Assembly: GCA_016180645.1 (NCBI GenBank)
Contig: JACPAV010000006.1
Location: 1 to 64,000, forward strand
Direction: 5' to 3'
Source of the DNA: Nitrospirota bacterium
GTDB taxonomy: Bacteria; JACPQY01
Length of the DNA: 64,000 bases
In this document: positions 27,332 to 36,577 of the stretch, one piece after another
Layout: each line of letters starts with the position of its first letter
How positions within the stretch are numbered: position 1 is the first letter of the stretch
Notes under the pieces: model-generated
What the model saw: only the letters and a program-made list of their open reading frames with translations
Database searches by the model: none
What the model was told of the DNA's origin: nothing
Program-made: the position numbers and the translations under genes

Positions 27332-28348
27332 CTACTTGATTTCCTGGGCGGCGCCGAGGATGGAGGTCTTGAGAAGCGAGTCGAATTCGGACTGCACGAG
27401 GCCCCGGATTTTCACGATGGCGCGCTGACGGGCCAGATCGAACGTGTTGGAACCCTCGTCGCCCACTTTGGAGAGCGTGCCGACTGCTTCGCCAGTCGCA
27501 TTGTCCATAATCTCGATCCGCAGGCCCCACTTGGCAAACTTGGTTGGCGTGCCGCGGTCGAACTCGTTGACTTCCAGTTCGCCCTGCACCAGCAGGTCCT
27601 CTTTTTGCCCTGCCGAAACACCGCTGAATCCGATTCCGGTCAGAGCCTGATTGATCGTCTTGATCACATCGGCGAGGCCCTCGCCTTTCACGTCCACTCG
27701 GAACTTCACGTCGGCCAACGCCTTGTCGCGTTTGATCCGCGTCTCGCCGGCGCGGTAGACCACGCCCGTCCCCGTCGGACTCACCACAGCGAGCTGGCTG
27801 CTGTAGCCGTCGGCCTTCGCGAACTTCTCCCACGCGCTGTAGAGCCCCTTGGCCTTTTGCAACTTGTTCTCGGTGTTTGCCGCCTTGAGAAGTTCATCGC
27901 CTTGAAGATCCAGGTCGGTCGCCTTCTTGCGCAGGTCCGCGGCTGTCTTCTCACGATCGAGGGAGGCAAGCGCCCACACGATGTTGTCGTCCTTGTAGGT
28001 CTCCACAATTTCGACACCCTCCAGCGTCTCTTCCACTTTCACCTTCGTGGCGCTCGACGCCTCAAAGGTCTGCTGCGTAGAGGTCTTCTTGCCTGTCGTT
28101 TGCGAAGCATAGGTTTCCTTGTCCTGCTGCACCTGCTCGACCTTCGATTTGAGAATCTTGGCGATTTCCGCCCGCGCTTTGTCTTTCGCACTGCTCTCAT
28201 CGGGCGAGCTGCCGACTCCGATGAAGAACTTCTCAGGTGGGTGTTTCTTGGACGTATTTTTCTCCACCCATTCCGGCTTGGCCCAAGCCTGCCCGGCCAC
28301 CAGGGAAACGGAGACGATACCCGCGATCAGACCACGTATGCTCATCAT
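27332..28348 (-). CDS. LPP20 domain exported protein
   Basis: Signal peptide, PEWV...FFIGVGS...AKDKARAEIAKIL...LEGVEIV...VWALASLDR. Confidence 0.8.
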   Translation of the reverse strand: MMSIRGLIAGIVSVSLVAGQAWAKPEWVEKNTSKKHPPEKFFIGVGSSPDESSAKDKARAEIAKILKSKVEQVQQDKETYASQTTGKKTSTQQTFEASSATKVKVEETLEGVEIVETYKDDNIVWALASLDREKTAADLRKKATDLDLQGDELLKAANTENKLQKAKGLYSAWEKFAKADGYSSQLAVVSPTGTGVVYRAGETRIKRDKALADVKFRVDVKGEGLADVIKTINQALTGIGFSGVSAGQKEDLLVQGELEVNEFDRGTPTKFAKWGLRIEIMDNATGEAVGTLSKVGDEGSNTFDLARQRAIVKIRGLVQSEFDSLLKTSILGAAQEIK

Positions 28349-29940
28349 TCAACTCCCTTCGCTTCCATCGACACCACGCGGACAAAGGTTTTCTTTCCGG
28401 CTTTCACTTCCACGCCTTCGAGATTCACTTCCCGCATGGCGGCGCCGTTCTCGTCCAGCAACTTCACGGTGAGGTTGTGCCGGCCTGGGGGCAACGGAAC
28501 TCGGGAAATAAGAATCTGCCCGGGGAGGGTGCGCCAGCTTCGTTTGTCCGCCTCTTCCGTGGCCGCACCGCCGGCCGCCACGGCGGCCTTGACGATTTTT
28601 CCCCACGTGCCGCCGGCAAACTGCTCGACCGCGGCGCCGCTTCCCTGAGCGATGGCAAACTTCACCACCGCCCGCGCGATCGCCTTACCGAGAACCCTCC
28701 CGATGCGATCCTGAAGGCTCCGGATGCCGATAGCTTCGATGTCTTCCACCAGATCGCTCTTGATCCCCCCCCCCGGCAATTCGGTTCCGGCCACGACAAC
28801 TTCCGACCCTCTGATGGGGGCCGGCCGCTTCCTAAAATCGGGGATGGCCAGCGTGATGACGTTCCCTTGCGCGGCAATGGCGCCGATGGCGCGGGACCCG
28901 GCTGTTGCGGCTTGTCCCGCATCGCTTCGAATATTCGCCGCGAGGAGCGCCGGGCTGCACCCCTGGCCGCTCGTGGCCGCGGCCGCCGCCACGGCGCCGA
29001 TGATTTCCAGGGCCATGAGGGCGTTCTTCACCGTGCTCTGGTCCGCCTCCGGCACTTCCTGCGTCTGAAGGATGGCCGTGCCGCACGCCGCGCCGACTTG
29101 CGTGACGAAATCAACCTTCTGGGGCGCGAGGCCGGTGTAGTGGATCACGACGACTTCGCCCGAAGTTTTTCCCTTCGGGGTTTTCGGAGCGTTCGGCGCG
29201 TATTCCTTGCGGATCTCCTCTTCGAAATCGCTGAAGCCAAGTTGCATGGCGGTGCGGAGGGCATCGTTCACCAGGGCCGCAGGAACAGGCGTCTTGTAGT
29301 TGACCTGGTATTCCTTCGCGTAGGCCTCCAACGCCTGCTTGTATGATATGTACGCTTCGTTGAGCTCCTCGGTGGATGCCTTGTTCTCATGGATCATCCC
29401 GGCCAGGTAGCGCGCGAAGGCATCCGTCTGGTACGCAACCTTCTTCCCACCCGTCCGTTCAGCCACCACCTTCAGCTTGAGGTCCACTTTCCGTGCCTCA
29501 ACGAGGGCATCGTCCAGTTGATTCATGAACACGTAGTTGAGCGCCGCGATGACATGCACCACAACCATCTCAAAGTCCTCGCCCGCGTACTCTTTCACGT
29601 TGTCGTTCACGAGGAAGGATGCGGCCTGCTTCGAGACGCTCTTTGAGTAAAGATCCTCGATGGCCTTCTCCGCGGCGTAGAGCGCCTCGTTCGACTTGGC
29701 GTAATCGCCCGCGAGATGGGCGGTCATCGCCAAATCGAAGTAATATAGGAGCCGGTCCCGCTGGGGATAAGTCTTGTCCGGTTCCTTCTGGACGTGTTCC
29801 TGCGCTGCGGCGTACTGGTTCTTTACAATGTAGGACTCGAGGTCCTTGTAGTAGGACTGCTTGACGCCGCAGCCGGCGAGGACGGCGGTTGCCGCGAGGG
29901 CCGCCGTACCACGCAGCAGGCGTGAACGGTTGTGGATCAC
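28345..29940 (-). CDS. COG3014-family lipoprotein (TPR-like)
   Basis: Lipobox LAGC, YAGEDFE, ALVEARK, EADKRSWRTLP; downstream of lpoB. Confidence 0.8.
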   Translation of the reverse strand: MIHNRSRLLRGTAALAATAVLAGCGVKQSYYKDLESYIVKNQYAAAQEHVQKEPDKTYPQRDRLLYYFDLAMTAHLAGDYAKSNEALYAAEKAIEDLYSKSVSKQAASFLVNDNVKEYAGEDFEMVVVHVIAALNYVFMNQLDDALVEARKVDLKLKVVAERTGGKKVAYQTDAFARYLAGMIHENKASTEELNEAYISYKQALEAYAKEYQVNYKTPVPAALVNDALRTAMQLGFSDFEEEIRKEYAPNAPKTPKGKTSGEVVVIHYTGLAPQKVDFVTQVGAACGTAILQTQEVPEADQSTVKNALMALEIIGAVAAAAATSGQGCSPALLAANIRSDAGQAATAGSRAIGAIAAQGNVITLAIPDFRKRPAPIRGSEVVVAGTELPGGGIKSDLVEDIEAIGIRSLQDRIGRVLGKAIARAVVKFAIAQGSGAAVEQFAGGTWGKIVKAAVAAGGAATEEADKRSWRTLPGQILISRVPLPPGRHNLTVKLLDENGAAMREVNLEGVEVKAGKKTFVRVVSMEAKGVE

Positions 29941-29951
29941 GTAGGTAAGGT

Positions 29952-30554
29952 CTAGAGCTTGTGACCCTTACGTTCGACGAGCTTCTTTATTTTCTTCTGT
30001 CCGATCCAGACCTTCTCGCTGCTCTCGATGTCGATCATCTCAAGCTCCACTTGGTAGAACTTGAGCTGCTTGCCGCCGGCCGCGTCCATGATCGTATTGA
30101 TCTGGCCTTTGACCATGTAGTCCGCGGCTTTTTCCTGACCGATGGATTTCGCGGTGTCCACGCTGGCGTGCGCCTGCTGATCCGCCTTCTCCTCGCGGAC
30201 TTCCTCGCGCTGTTCCTTGGAGGCCACGAACTTCACCTTGCCGGAGTTGAGGAGCTCTTTCTCAAGGTCCTTGGTGAAGGTTTGGGTATTGATGTGCTCC
30301 GAACTGCGGTTGAGCACGGCGCCAATGATGACTCTGGGGCGTGCCTTTTTCGCGTTCGTGAATTCTTCCAACCACGGGCGCGCCAGACTGTCGCGAATCA
30401 TCTCTTCGGCCACGAGGCGGGAATCGGTGTCGTTCCAATCGCCTGACAAGTCGATGGCTGCGCTTTCATCGGTTCGCTGGACGGCTTTTCCACCGCATGA
30501 GGCCAGGAACAGGCCCAGGATCAGGGCGGAAACAGGAAACATTTTTCGGTTCAT
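29952..30554 (-). CDS. lpoB: Penicillin-binding protein activator LpoB family lipoprotein
   Basis: Lipobox LASC, DLSGDWNDTDSRLVAEEMI, NRSSEHINT, NSGKVKFV. Confidence 0.85.
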   Translation of the reverse strand: MNRKMFPVSALILGLFLASCGGKAVQRTDESAAIDLSGDWNDTDSRLVAEEMIRDSLARPWLEEFTNAKKARPRVIIGAVLNRSSEHINTQTFTKDLEKELLNSGKVKFVASKEQREEVREEKADQQAHASVDTAKSIGQEKAADYMVKGQINTIMDAAGGKQLKFYQVELEMIDIESSEKVWIGQKKIKKLVERKGHKL

Positions 30555-30802
30555 GAATACCCTCCTTCTCAAACTCCCTATTCCAAACTCTTTCGTTCTT
30601 TCGAGGGCTGATTAACCCTTTTGCACGTGCCTTGTCAAGCGGATTTCAGGCCAACGGTGAAGAATCACGTTGAGGTCCTGATAGCAAGGACCGTGAACTG
30701 TTGTGATTGATCCAATCCTGCCCTTCGGGTCGGCTCGTGGAAAACACATGAGATGACAGCGGAATTGACCTTTGACGTAATGTGCCGTAGACTCGAACGA
30801 GT

Positions 30803-31063
30803 ATGGACGTCAGCGGGTACATTGGCATCGATGCCAACATCTGCCACGGAAAGCCGTGTTTCAAAGGGACGCGGATCATGGTTTACCTCGTGCTCGAAAT
30901 GCTCCAAGACGGTGCGAGTCCGACCGACATTCACGAAGCCTACCCCAGCCTCACCCCGGATCATGTCAAAGCCGCTTTGGAGTTCGCGGCCCGAGCGGTG
31001 GAAACCGGGCGGTATGACGCCGCCCTCATGACCCCTCAACGCCATGCGATTCCTGGCCGATGA
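30803..31063 (+). CDS. DUF433 domain protein (putative antitoxin)
   Basis: ICHGKPCFKGTRIMV...YPSLTPDHVKAALEFA. TTGACC-17-TAGACT at 30765-30793. Confidence 0.9.
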   Translation: MDVSGYIGIDANICHGKPCFKGTRIMVYLVLEMLQDGASPTDIHEAYPSLTPDHVKAALEFAARAVETGRYDAALMTPQRHAIPGR

Positions 31064-31412
31064 AAACGTCCCGGCGAAACTACTCGCATTCCTTCGTTCG
31101 CTTGGCCATGATCTCCGGCCCGTCCTGAAGGGGACGGCCGACCCCGCGCTCGCGGCCCAAGCCCAAGCGGAATCCCGCGTCCTTCTCACATACGACACGG
31201 ATTTTTCCAATGTGGATCGGTATCCGGCCTCAAGCCACGCGGGGATCATTCTGATCCGCATGAACCCGGTCCACATCGAGAAGGCCAAGGCAGTCCTTGA
31301 GGATCTCCTCACGAGCATCCCGGAGTCCGGGTTGACGGGCCGGCGATACCTGGTGTTTGAAGAAACCTTTATGGAGGTGAAAGAGAACGACGCGATCCCT
31401 TTCGGCCCATGA
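31044..31412 (+). CDS. DUF5615 PIN-like toxin
   Basis: MRFLADENVP...RVLLTYDTDF...HAGIILIR. Confidence 0.9.
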   Translation: MRFLADENVPAKLLAFLRSLGHDLRPVLKGTADPALAAQAQAESRVLLTYDTDFSNVDRYPASSHAGIILIRMNPVHIEKAKAVLEDLLTSIPESGLTGRRYLVFEETFMEVKENDAIPFGP

Positions 31413-31680
31413 GCGTGAACCCTCGCTTGAGAAATCTTGGCTCGCTCAAGCTCAAATCGTTGCCTTCCGTGGCGCTACCGGGGCCTTCAATCGCCCAATC
31501 TCGTCTTGCGGCGCAAGAAAAGCCCTTTGCGTGGGAAGCGTTCTAGTCCATCCGCCGCGTGATTGAAACGTTGTCCGGCCGGAAGGTCGGGCAAGCGTCA
31601 CGCACCGCACCTTGCACTTTTCCTGCTCTCGCCTGTATCGCGTGGAGAGTTGGCCCCTTCCCCGGTTGGCCCCATCCCCC

Positions 31681-31796
31681 CACTTTCGACGGGAATGACG
31701 AACTTCCGCCCTGTCATTCGGTGCTTGACACGGAATCCAGTATCTGGGTTCCCGCTCCCCGATCAAAGTCGGGGACAGGTTTCGCGGGAGTGACGG
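31681..31796. repeat. Cluster of GTCATTC/GGAATGAC-type palindromic repeats
   Basis: GGGAATGAC, GTCATTCGGTGCTTGACACGGAATCCAG, TTCCCGC...GCGGGAGTGAC enclosing TCCCCGAT-caaa-GTCGGGGA. Confidence 0.65.
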
Positions 31797-31829
31797 AAGA
31801 AAAAAAGAGCAAAAATGCATAGGGTTAAT

Positions 31830-31878
31830 ACCACCTGTCACCAGGTCAAAGACCTGCCTTCCGGCAGTGACAGGTGGT
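31830..31878. other. Branched stem-loop 4 nt downstream of the FGE-domain gene
   Basis: 12-bp stem ACCACCTGTCAC/GTGACAGGTGGT enclosing CAGGTC-aaa-GACCTG and CTGCC-ttcc-GGCAG. Confidence 0.75.
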
Positions 31879-31882
31879 GGGG

Positions 31883-33223
31883 TCACGGCGTCCTGGCACA
31901 GCGAAATCCGAGGCTGCCGCTCGGGGCCGGCGGATCGTTAAAGCTGTAACGGTTCACGGAGCGCGCGCCGTTCGAGCGGTAGATCCACGAGCCACCGCGA
32001 ATCACCCGATATGTTCCGCTCGTCGGGCTCGGCGGGTCGGTCGAAGGCGCCGAGCTATAGTACGTCGCCTCGTACCAGTCGTTCACCCACTCCCACACGT
32101 TCCCGGCCATGTCGAGAACGCCGTACGGCGAGGCACCGCTGGCGTAATTGCCAGCCAAACTCGTATCGCCGACACACGATGATAAGACGCCCCCGCTCTC
32201 GTAGTATTTCTCGTAATTGAGCTTCGTGCAGTCCGCGCCCGTTGCGTAGGGCACGCTCGTCGTGATCGTCCCGCCCCAGGGGAAGGGCCGGATGTTGCAG
32301 TTCGCATCGTTTCCCGTGCCCGCCGCGTCCGCGGAGGCACATTGGCCGCTCGAAACCCCCACCAAGCTGCCATCCGCCGGTCCCCGCGCGGCCTTCTCCC
32401 ACTCGGCCTCCGTGGGGAGCCGCCGCCCCTTCCACGTGCAGTAGTCCACGCTCTGCTGCCAGTTGACGTAGATCACGGGGTAGTTGTCGTACGTCGCGTT
32501 GCCGTAATACGGGGTGCGGGTGTACGAATTGGCACTTGATGGGGCCGTGCAGTCGCCTGCCGTCACGCACGCCTTATAGTTCGCGTTCGTCACCTCGTAC
32601 TTGTCGCTGTAGTAATTCGAGAGCGTGACGAGCCGCCGGGGATTTTCTGACGCGTATCCCTCGCCGGTTTTCGATCCCTGCACGAACGTGCCCGCCGGGA
32701 TGGCGATCATGCAGTCGTAGGCCTCCGTTGCGCAACACTCGAAGGCTTGACCGTTGCACGAGGCAAGCGGGGCCACCTGCGTCGCGGCGCTCGTTTGCAC
32801 GGTGTTCGTATCCTGGTTGCCCGCCTCGTCCACGGCCCGGGAAACGAAGTAGTAGGTGGCACCCGCGCTGAGTCCGGTCGCACCATAGGACGTGACGCCC
32901 GCGTTGGTCGTGTAGGTGGCCGCGAAGCTCGTCTGGCAGGCACCCGCCGTGGTCGACCGGCAGATGCGGTAGATGATCGCGGACGACGTTGAGAGGTTGT
33001 CCGTGGCTGGTGACCAGCCGAGATCAATCTGGAAGGTCGAGACGGCCGTTGCCCTCGTGAGCCCGCCAAACGTCGGTGCGGCTGTATCCAGAACCTCCGA
33101 AGGCTTGCCCGTGACCACGACGTCAGGCTGCACTGTTCCCTTGTTTCCGCTCGCTCCGCCGCAGCCGACCATGATGCAAACAAGAATGTACGCGATCACT
33201 AGGTTTGTCCCATGCCCCGTCAT
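31883..33223 (-). CDS. Lipoprotein with FN3 domain and FGE-sulfatase (C-type-lectin-like) domain
   Basis: Lipobox MVGC; YYFVSRAVDEAGN; KYEVTN, RLPTEAEWEKAARG, DMAGNVWEW, RGGSW, GFRCA. Confidence 0.92.
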   Translation of the reverse strand: MTGHGTNLVIAYILVCIMVGCGGASGNKGTVQPDVVVTGKPSEVLDTAAPTFGGLTRATAVSTFQIDLGWSPATDNLSTSSAIIYRICRSTTAGACQTSFAATYTTNAGVTSYGATGLSAGATYYFVSRAVDEAGNQDTNTVQTSAATQVAPLASCNGQAFECCATEAYDCMIAIPAGTFVQGSKTGEGYASENPRRLVTLSNYYSDKYEVTNANYKACVTAGDCTAPSSANSYTRTPYYGNATYDNYPVIYVNWQQSVDYCTWKGRRLPTEAEWEKAARGPADGSLVGVSSGQCASADAAGTGNDANCNIRPFPWGGTITTSVPYATGADCTKLNYEKYYESGGVLSSCVGDTSLAGNYASGASPYGVLDMAGNVWEWVNDWYEATYYSSAPSTDPPSPTSGTYRVIRGGSWIYRSNGARSVNRYSFNDPPAPSGSLGFRCARTP

Positions 33224-33394
33224 GACGCTCCCCTTTCCCGACTTGATCCAGGGCGAACGATTTTCCCCCGTAGCGTCCAGCCTTATCCCACAACCGGATG
33301 CAGGTGGTGGGATGATGCCGGACGATGCATCGCCCCGTGTAAAACGGGGCGCTACAGGAAAAGATGAGAGGAGTTTCGCTAAGGGGCTATGAAA

Positions 33395-33442
<48 letters not shown>

Positions 33443-33702
33443 CGCAAGGAGTGATCCAATCTCGTATCCACGGGCGGATAGTCCCGGAAATGTCGGAACC
33501 TGTCAAGCATTCCGAACCGGGCCTATTCCGTACATTCCGTAAACCGCTACGGGGCCGGTCTTCTGTGTGGTCGTCCCGTCGCCCGGAGGGCGTCAGGCGC
33601 GTTTCTCCAGACGGCGACCGTACCGGATGCCGACGTAGAGGCTGAATGCCAGCCAAGCCAAACCAGCTCCCATCAAGAGAAGCAGTCCTAAGCTTGCTCC
33701 AC

Positions 33703-33903
33703 TCATGCCTTGACTCTATCTCCATTCACGAACTTGGTCAACCATACTGAAACCGCCAGAAAAACAACGCCGGACGGAATGGCAATAACTCCGATCCAAA
33801 GCGGCTCCTCAAGATGGATTACGTGTCTAGCGCCGAAGCCCACGAGGGCAATGCCGAATACCATGAGGATCTGAGCGGTTCGGTCGAATTGCTTGGGCGT
33901 CAC
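33703..33903 (-). CDS. Small two-TM hypothetical protein
   Basis: 66 aa with two hydrophobic helices. Confidence 0.45.
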   Translation of the reverse strand: MTPKQFDRTAQILMVFGIALVGFGARHVIHLEEPLWIGVIAIPSGVVFLAVSVWLTKFVNGDRVKA

Positions 33904-34177
33904 GCGTCAGTCGTATCATGGAGCAAAACGACCCGTCAACGCGAGGCAGAGCGCACACTCCGGTCCCGCTGGGCCTCTCGGGGTTGCATCGGCCAAGCTG
34001 GAGTCGATAGAATCCCCAAGCTGGCCCGTCTCCCGCGCAAACTCTCGATTTCGCCCCTCCAAAGACATCATTGAGAATCGAACGTTGGCATTCCGATTTT
34101 CAAGGATCACCCTGTGTCCATGCTTGAATGGCCCGCCCTGGCCGCGGGAACGGGGTATGCTCCAATGGATGGATCGC

Positions 34178-34205
34178 TTGACATTGGCGGGGGGGGACCT
34201 AGAAT
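34178..34205 (+). promoter_or_regulatory. Sigma70 promoter with G8 tract in the spacer
   Basis: TTGACA-ttggcGGGGGGGGacc (16 bp)-TAGAAT, then AGGAGG and ATG 34228. Confidence 0.7.
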
Positions 34206-34227
34206 GGCGCGCCAGGAGGTGATCGAT

Positions 34228-34788
34228 ATGAAGAATTGGAAATTTGCAGCAGGCGCTTTGGCGCTACTCCTGATGGCCGTTCCGGCCTGTGGAGGAAAAA
34301 ATACCCTTTCCGGCGACAGCGGTGCACCGGCTTGGGTGAATAAAGGCAGCGGTGCCTTCAAGGACGCCGGCAAGAAAGTTTTCTATGGTGTCGGCGTGGT
34401 GCAGGGGATCAAGAATCCCGGCATGCAGAAGAGCACCGCCGAGAACCGGGCGCGCGCGGAAATCTCCAAGCAGATGGAGACCTATTCCGCGTCCCTCATG
34501 AAGGACTACATGGCGGCCACGTCGGCAGCCGGGAAGTCCTCCGAAGAGCAGCACGTTGAGCAGGCGATCAAGACCGTCTCCGCCACCACGCTGAGCGGCG
34601 TCATGATCGTCGACTACTGGCGCACGGGCGAGGATGGCGACACCCTGTATGCCCTGGCGAAGCTCGATTTCGAATCGTTCCAGAATGCCCTCGGGAATGC
34701 GAACGAGCTGAGCGCGCAGGCCAAGGAAGCCATCAAGGCGAACGCCGACAAGTCGTTCGACAGCCTGTCCAAAGAAGAAAAAAAGTAA
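34228..34788 (+). CDS. LPP20 family lipoprotein
   Basis: Lipobox VPAC, APAWVNKGSG, FYGVG, AENRARAEISK. Confidence 0.85.
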   Translation: MKNWKFAAGALALLLMAVPACGGKNTLSGDSGAPAWVNKGSGAFKDAGKKVFYGVGVVQGIKNPGMQKSTAENRARAEISKQMETYSASLMKDYMAATSAAGKSSEEQHVEQAIKTVSATTLSGVMIVDYWRTGEDGDTLYALAKLDFESFQNALGNANELSAQAKEAIKANADKSFDSLSKEEKK

Positions 34789-34809
34789 CCTCGAGTTTTT
34801 TCGAGTTTC

Positions 34810-34842
34810 AAAGTCCGCGCCCCGTGGCGCGGACTTTTTTTT
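34810..34842 (+). terminator. Rho-independent terminator
   Basis: AAAGTCCGCGCC-ccgt-GGCGCGGACTTT followed by a T run. Confidence 0.88.
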
Positions 34843-34904
34843 GGCCGGGCTAAGGAAAGGGATAGAGATTGCCACGGGATCGTCGCCATTGGCGCCGATT
34901 TCCC

Positions 34905-35040
34905 CCTTGCCGAGGATGGCATGGGGCCATGATACAGCGGTTATGTGCAGCGCCGTCCTGGCGCTGCCTCCTCTCGCAGTACCAGGCCGTCCTGGGCCAG
35001 GCATGTCGCCGCGCCACGGACGGCACGGCATGGACCATGG
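34905..35040 (+). mobile_element. 67-bp-family mini-element, expanded by a 70-bp internal segment, inside a GAGATTGCCAC...CTCGCAATGAC repeat
   Basis: Both ends match the copies at 35235 and 47357; CC on both flanks; internal GGGCCA repeated 70 bp apart. Confidence 0.55.
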
Positions 35041-35067
35041 CCTCGCAATGACACCACACTAAGAGCC

Positions 35068-35158
35068 TCTAACAGAATGCCGATTCGTAGGGGAGCATCT
35101 TCAGATGCTCCCTCTTGCCGGGAGGGTCTGAAGACCCTCCCCTACGCATTCTGTTAGA
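35068..35158 (+). repeat. 91-bp REPIN/MITE-like element, copy 1
   Basis: 13-bp terminal inverted repeat TCTAACAGAATGC enclosing two GTAG-REPs. Confidence 0.85.
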
Positions 35159-35234
35159 CGCACTCAGTCATTGCGGGCAAGTGGTCCGAGGTGTGTAGGG
35201 CAGCAGCTTTAGCTGCTCCCAAGCAGGGAGGACC

Positions 35235-35301
35235 CCGTGCCACGGAGGGTACGGGGCCATGCAATGTCGCCGCGCCAGCGATGGCGCGGCATGGAACATG
35301 G
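35235..35301 (+). mobile_element. 67-bp mini-element inserted in a REP
   Basis: Interrupts GGGAGGACC|TGAAGGTCCTCCCCTAC with CC duplicated. Confidence 0.65.
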
Positions 35302-35363
35302 CCTGAAGGTCCTCCCCTACGGCAGGTAGTTTCCAGACGCACTCTTGGTGTATAGTCTCCCCC

Positions 35364-36566
35364 ATGAATCCGAAGCCCGCGACACGAGTGGACCGTCTGC
35401 CGCCCTACGTTTTGGGCACGGTCACCGAACTCAAATTGAAGGCACGGCATGCGGGGGAGGACATCATCGACCTCGGGATGGGCAATCCGGATCTCGCGAC
35501 ACCGAAGCACATCGTGGATAAGCTCGTCGAGGCAGCCCGGAAGCCCCAGAATCACCGCTACTCCGCTTCGCGAGGCATTCAGAAATTGCGGCTCGCCATC
35601 TGCGATTGGTACAAGCGGCGGTACAACGTCGATTTGGATCCGGACCGCGAGGCGATCGTCACCATCGGCGCGAAGGAGGGCCTGTCCCATTTCGTTCTCG
35701 CCCTGCTCCGCAATGGAGAGGCGGCCGTCGTCCCCTCCCCCACCTATCCGATCCATGCCTATTCGGTCATCATCGCCGGCGCGGATCTCGTAAGTGTGCC
35801 ATTGGTGAAGGGGCGCGATTTCCTCGAGGAATGCGAGAAGGTCGTGAAGAATCACTGGCCGCGTCCCCGGCTACTCATCCTCTCGTTCCCGCACAATCCG
35901 ACCACGGCCGTGGTCGATCTCCCCTTCTTCCAGCGGGTGGTCGAGTTTGCCAAGGCGTACAATCTGTATGTCATTCATGACCTGGCGTATGCGGACCTGG
36001 TGTTCGACGGCTACACCGCGCCGAGCTTCCTCCAAGTCGAGGGCGCGAGAGAGATCGGGGTGGAGTTCTTCTCCCTCTCCAAGAGCTACAACATGCCAGG
36101 ATGGCGCGTGGGATTCTGCGTGGGCAATCCGGACCTGATCCACGTGCTCGCCCGAATCAAGAGTTACCTTGACTACGGAACCTTTCAACCCATCCAGATC
36201 GCGAGCATCATCGCGCTGAACGGCGACCAGAAATGCGTGGAGGAAATCCGGGAGACCTATCGGCACCGGCGCGACGTGCTGGTGGACGGGCTGAACCGGA
36301 TCGGATGGGAGTTCGAGAAACCCGTGGCCACGATGTTCGTGTGGGCGCCCATTCCCGAGCCGTTCCGGACGATGGGCTCGGTCGAATTTTCGAAGCTGCT
36401 TCTGAAGCACGCAAAGGTGGCGGTATCACCCGGCCTCGGTTTCGGCGAATACGGCGAAGGCTATGTGCGTTTCGCGCTGGTTGAGAATGAGCACCGGATG
36501 CGGCAGGCCGTGCGCGGCATCAAGAAAGTTCTCCACGGCGATTTCGCGGAACGCGCCGTCGCCTAG
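35364..36566 (+). CDS. alaC: Class I PLP aminotransferase (AlaC/YfdZ-like)
   Basis: [49 protein letters not shown]. Confidence 0.8.
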   Translation: MNPKPATRVDRLPPYVLGTVTELKLKARHAGEDIIDLGMGNPDLATPKHIVDKLVEAARKPQNHRYSASRGIQKLRLAICDWYKRRYNVDLDPDREAIVTIGAKEGLSHFVLALLRNGEAAVVPSPTYPIHAYSVIIAGADLVSVPLVKGRDFLEECEKVVKNHWPRPRLLILSFPHNPTTAVVDLPFFQRVVEFAKAYNLYVIHDLAYADLVFDGYTAPSFLQVEGAREIGVEFFSLSKSYNMPGWRVGFCVGNPDLIHVLARIKSYLDYGTFQPIQIASIIALNGDQKCVEEIRETYRHRRDVLVDGLNRIGWEFEKPVATMFVWAPIPEPFRTMGSVEFSKLLLKHAKVAVSPGLGFGEYGEGYVRFALVENEHRMRQAVRGIKKVLHGDFAERAVA

Positions 36567-36577
36567 CTGGAGGAACC

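Noticed and set aside
34841-35365. Short ORFs in the repeat-rich spacers (also 47359-47703, 52046-52477)
   Set aside because: They are made of the palindromic repeat elements, so the shared peptides reflect DNA repeats
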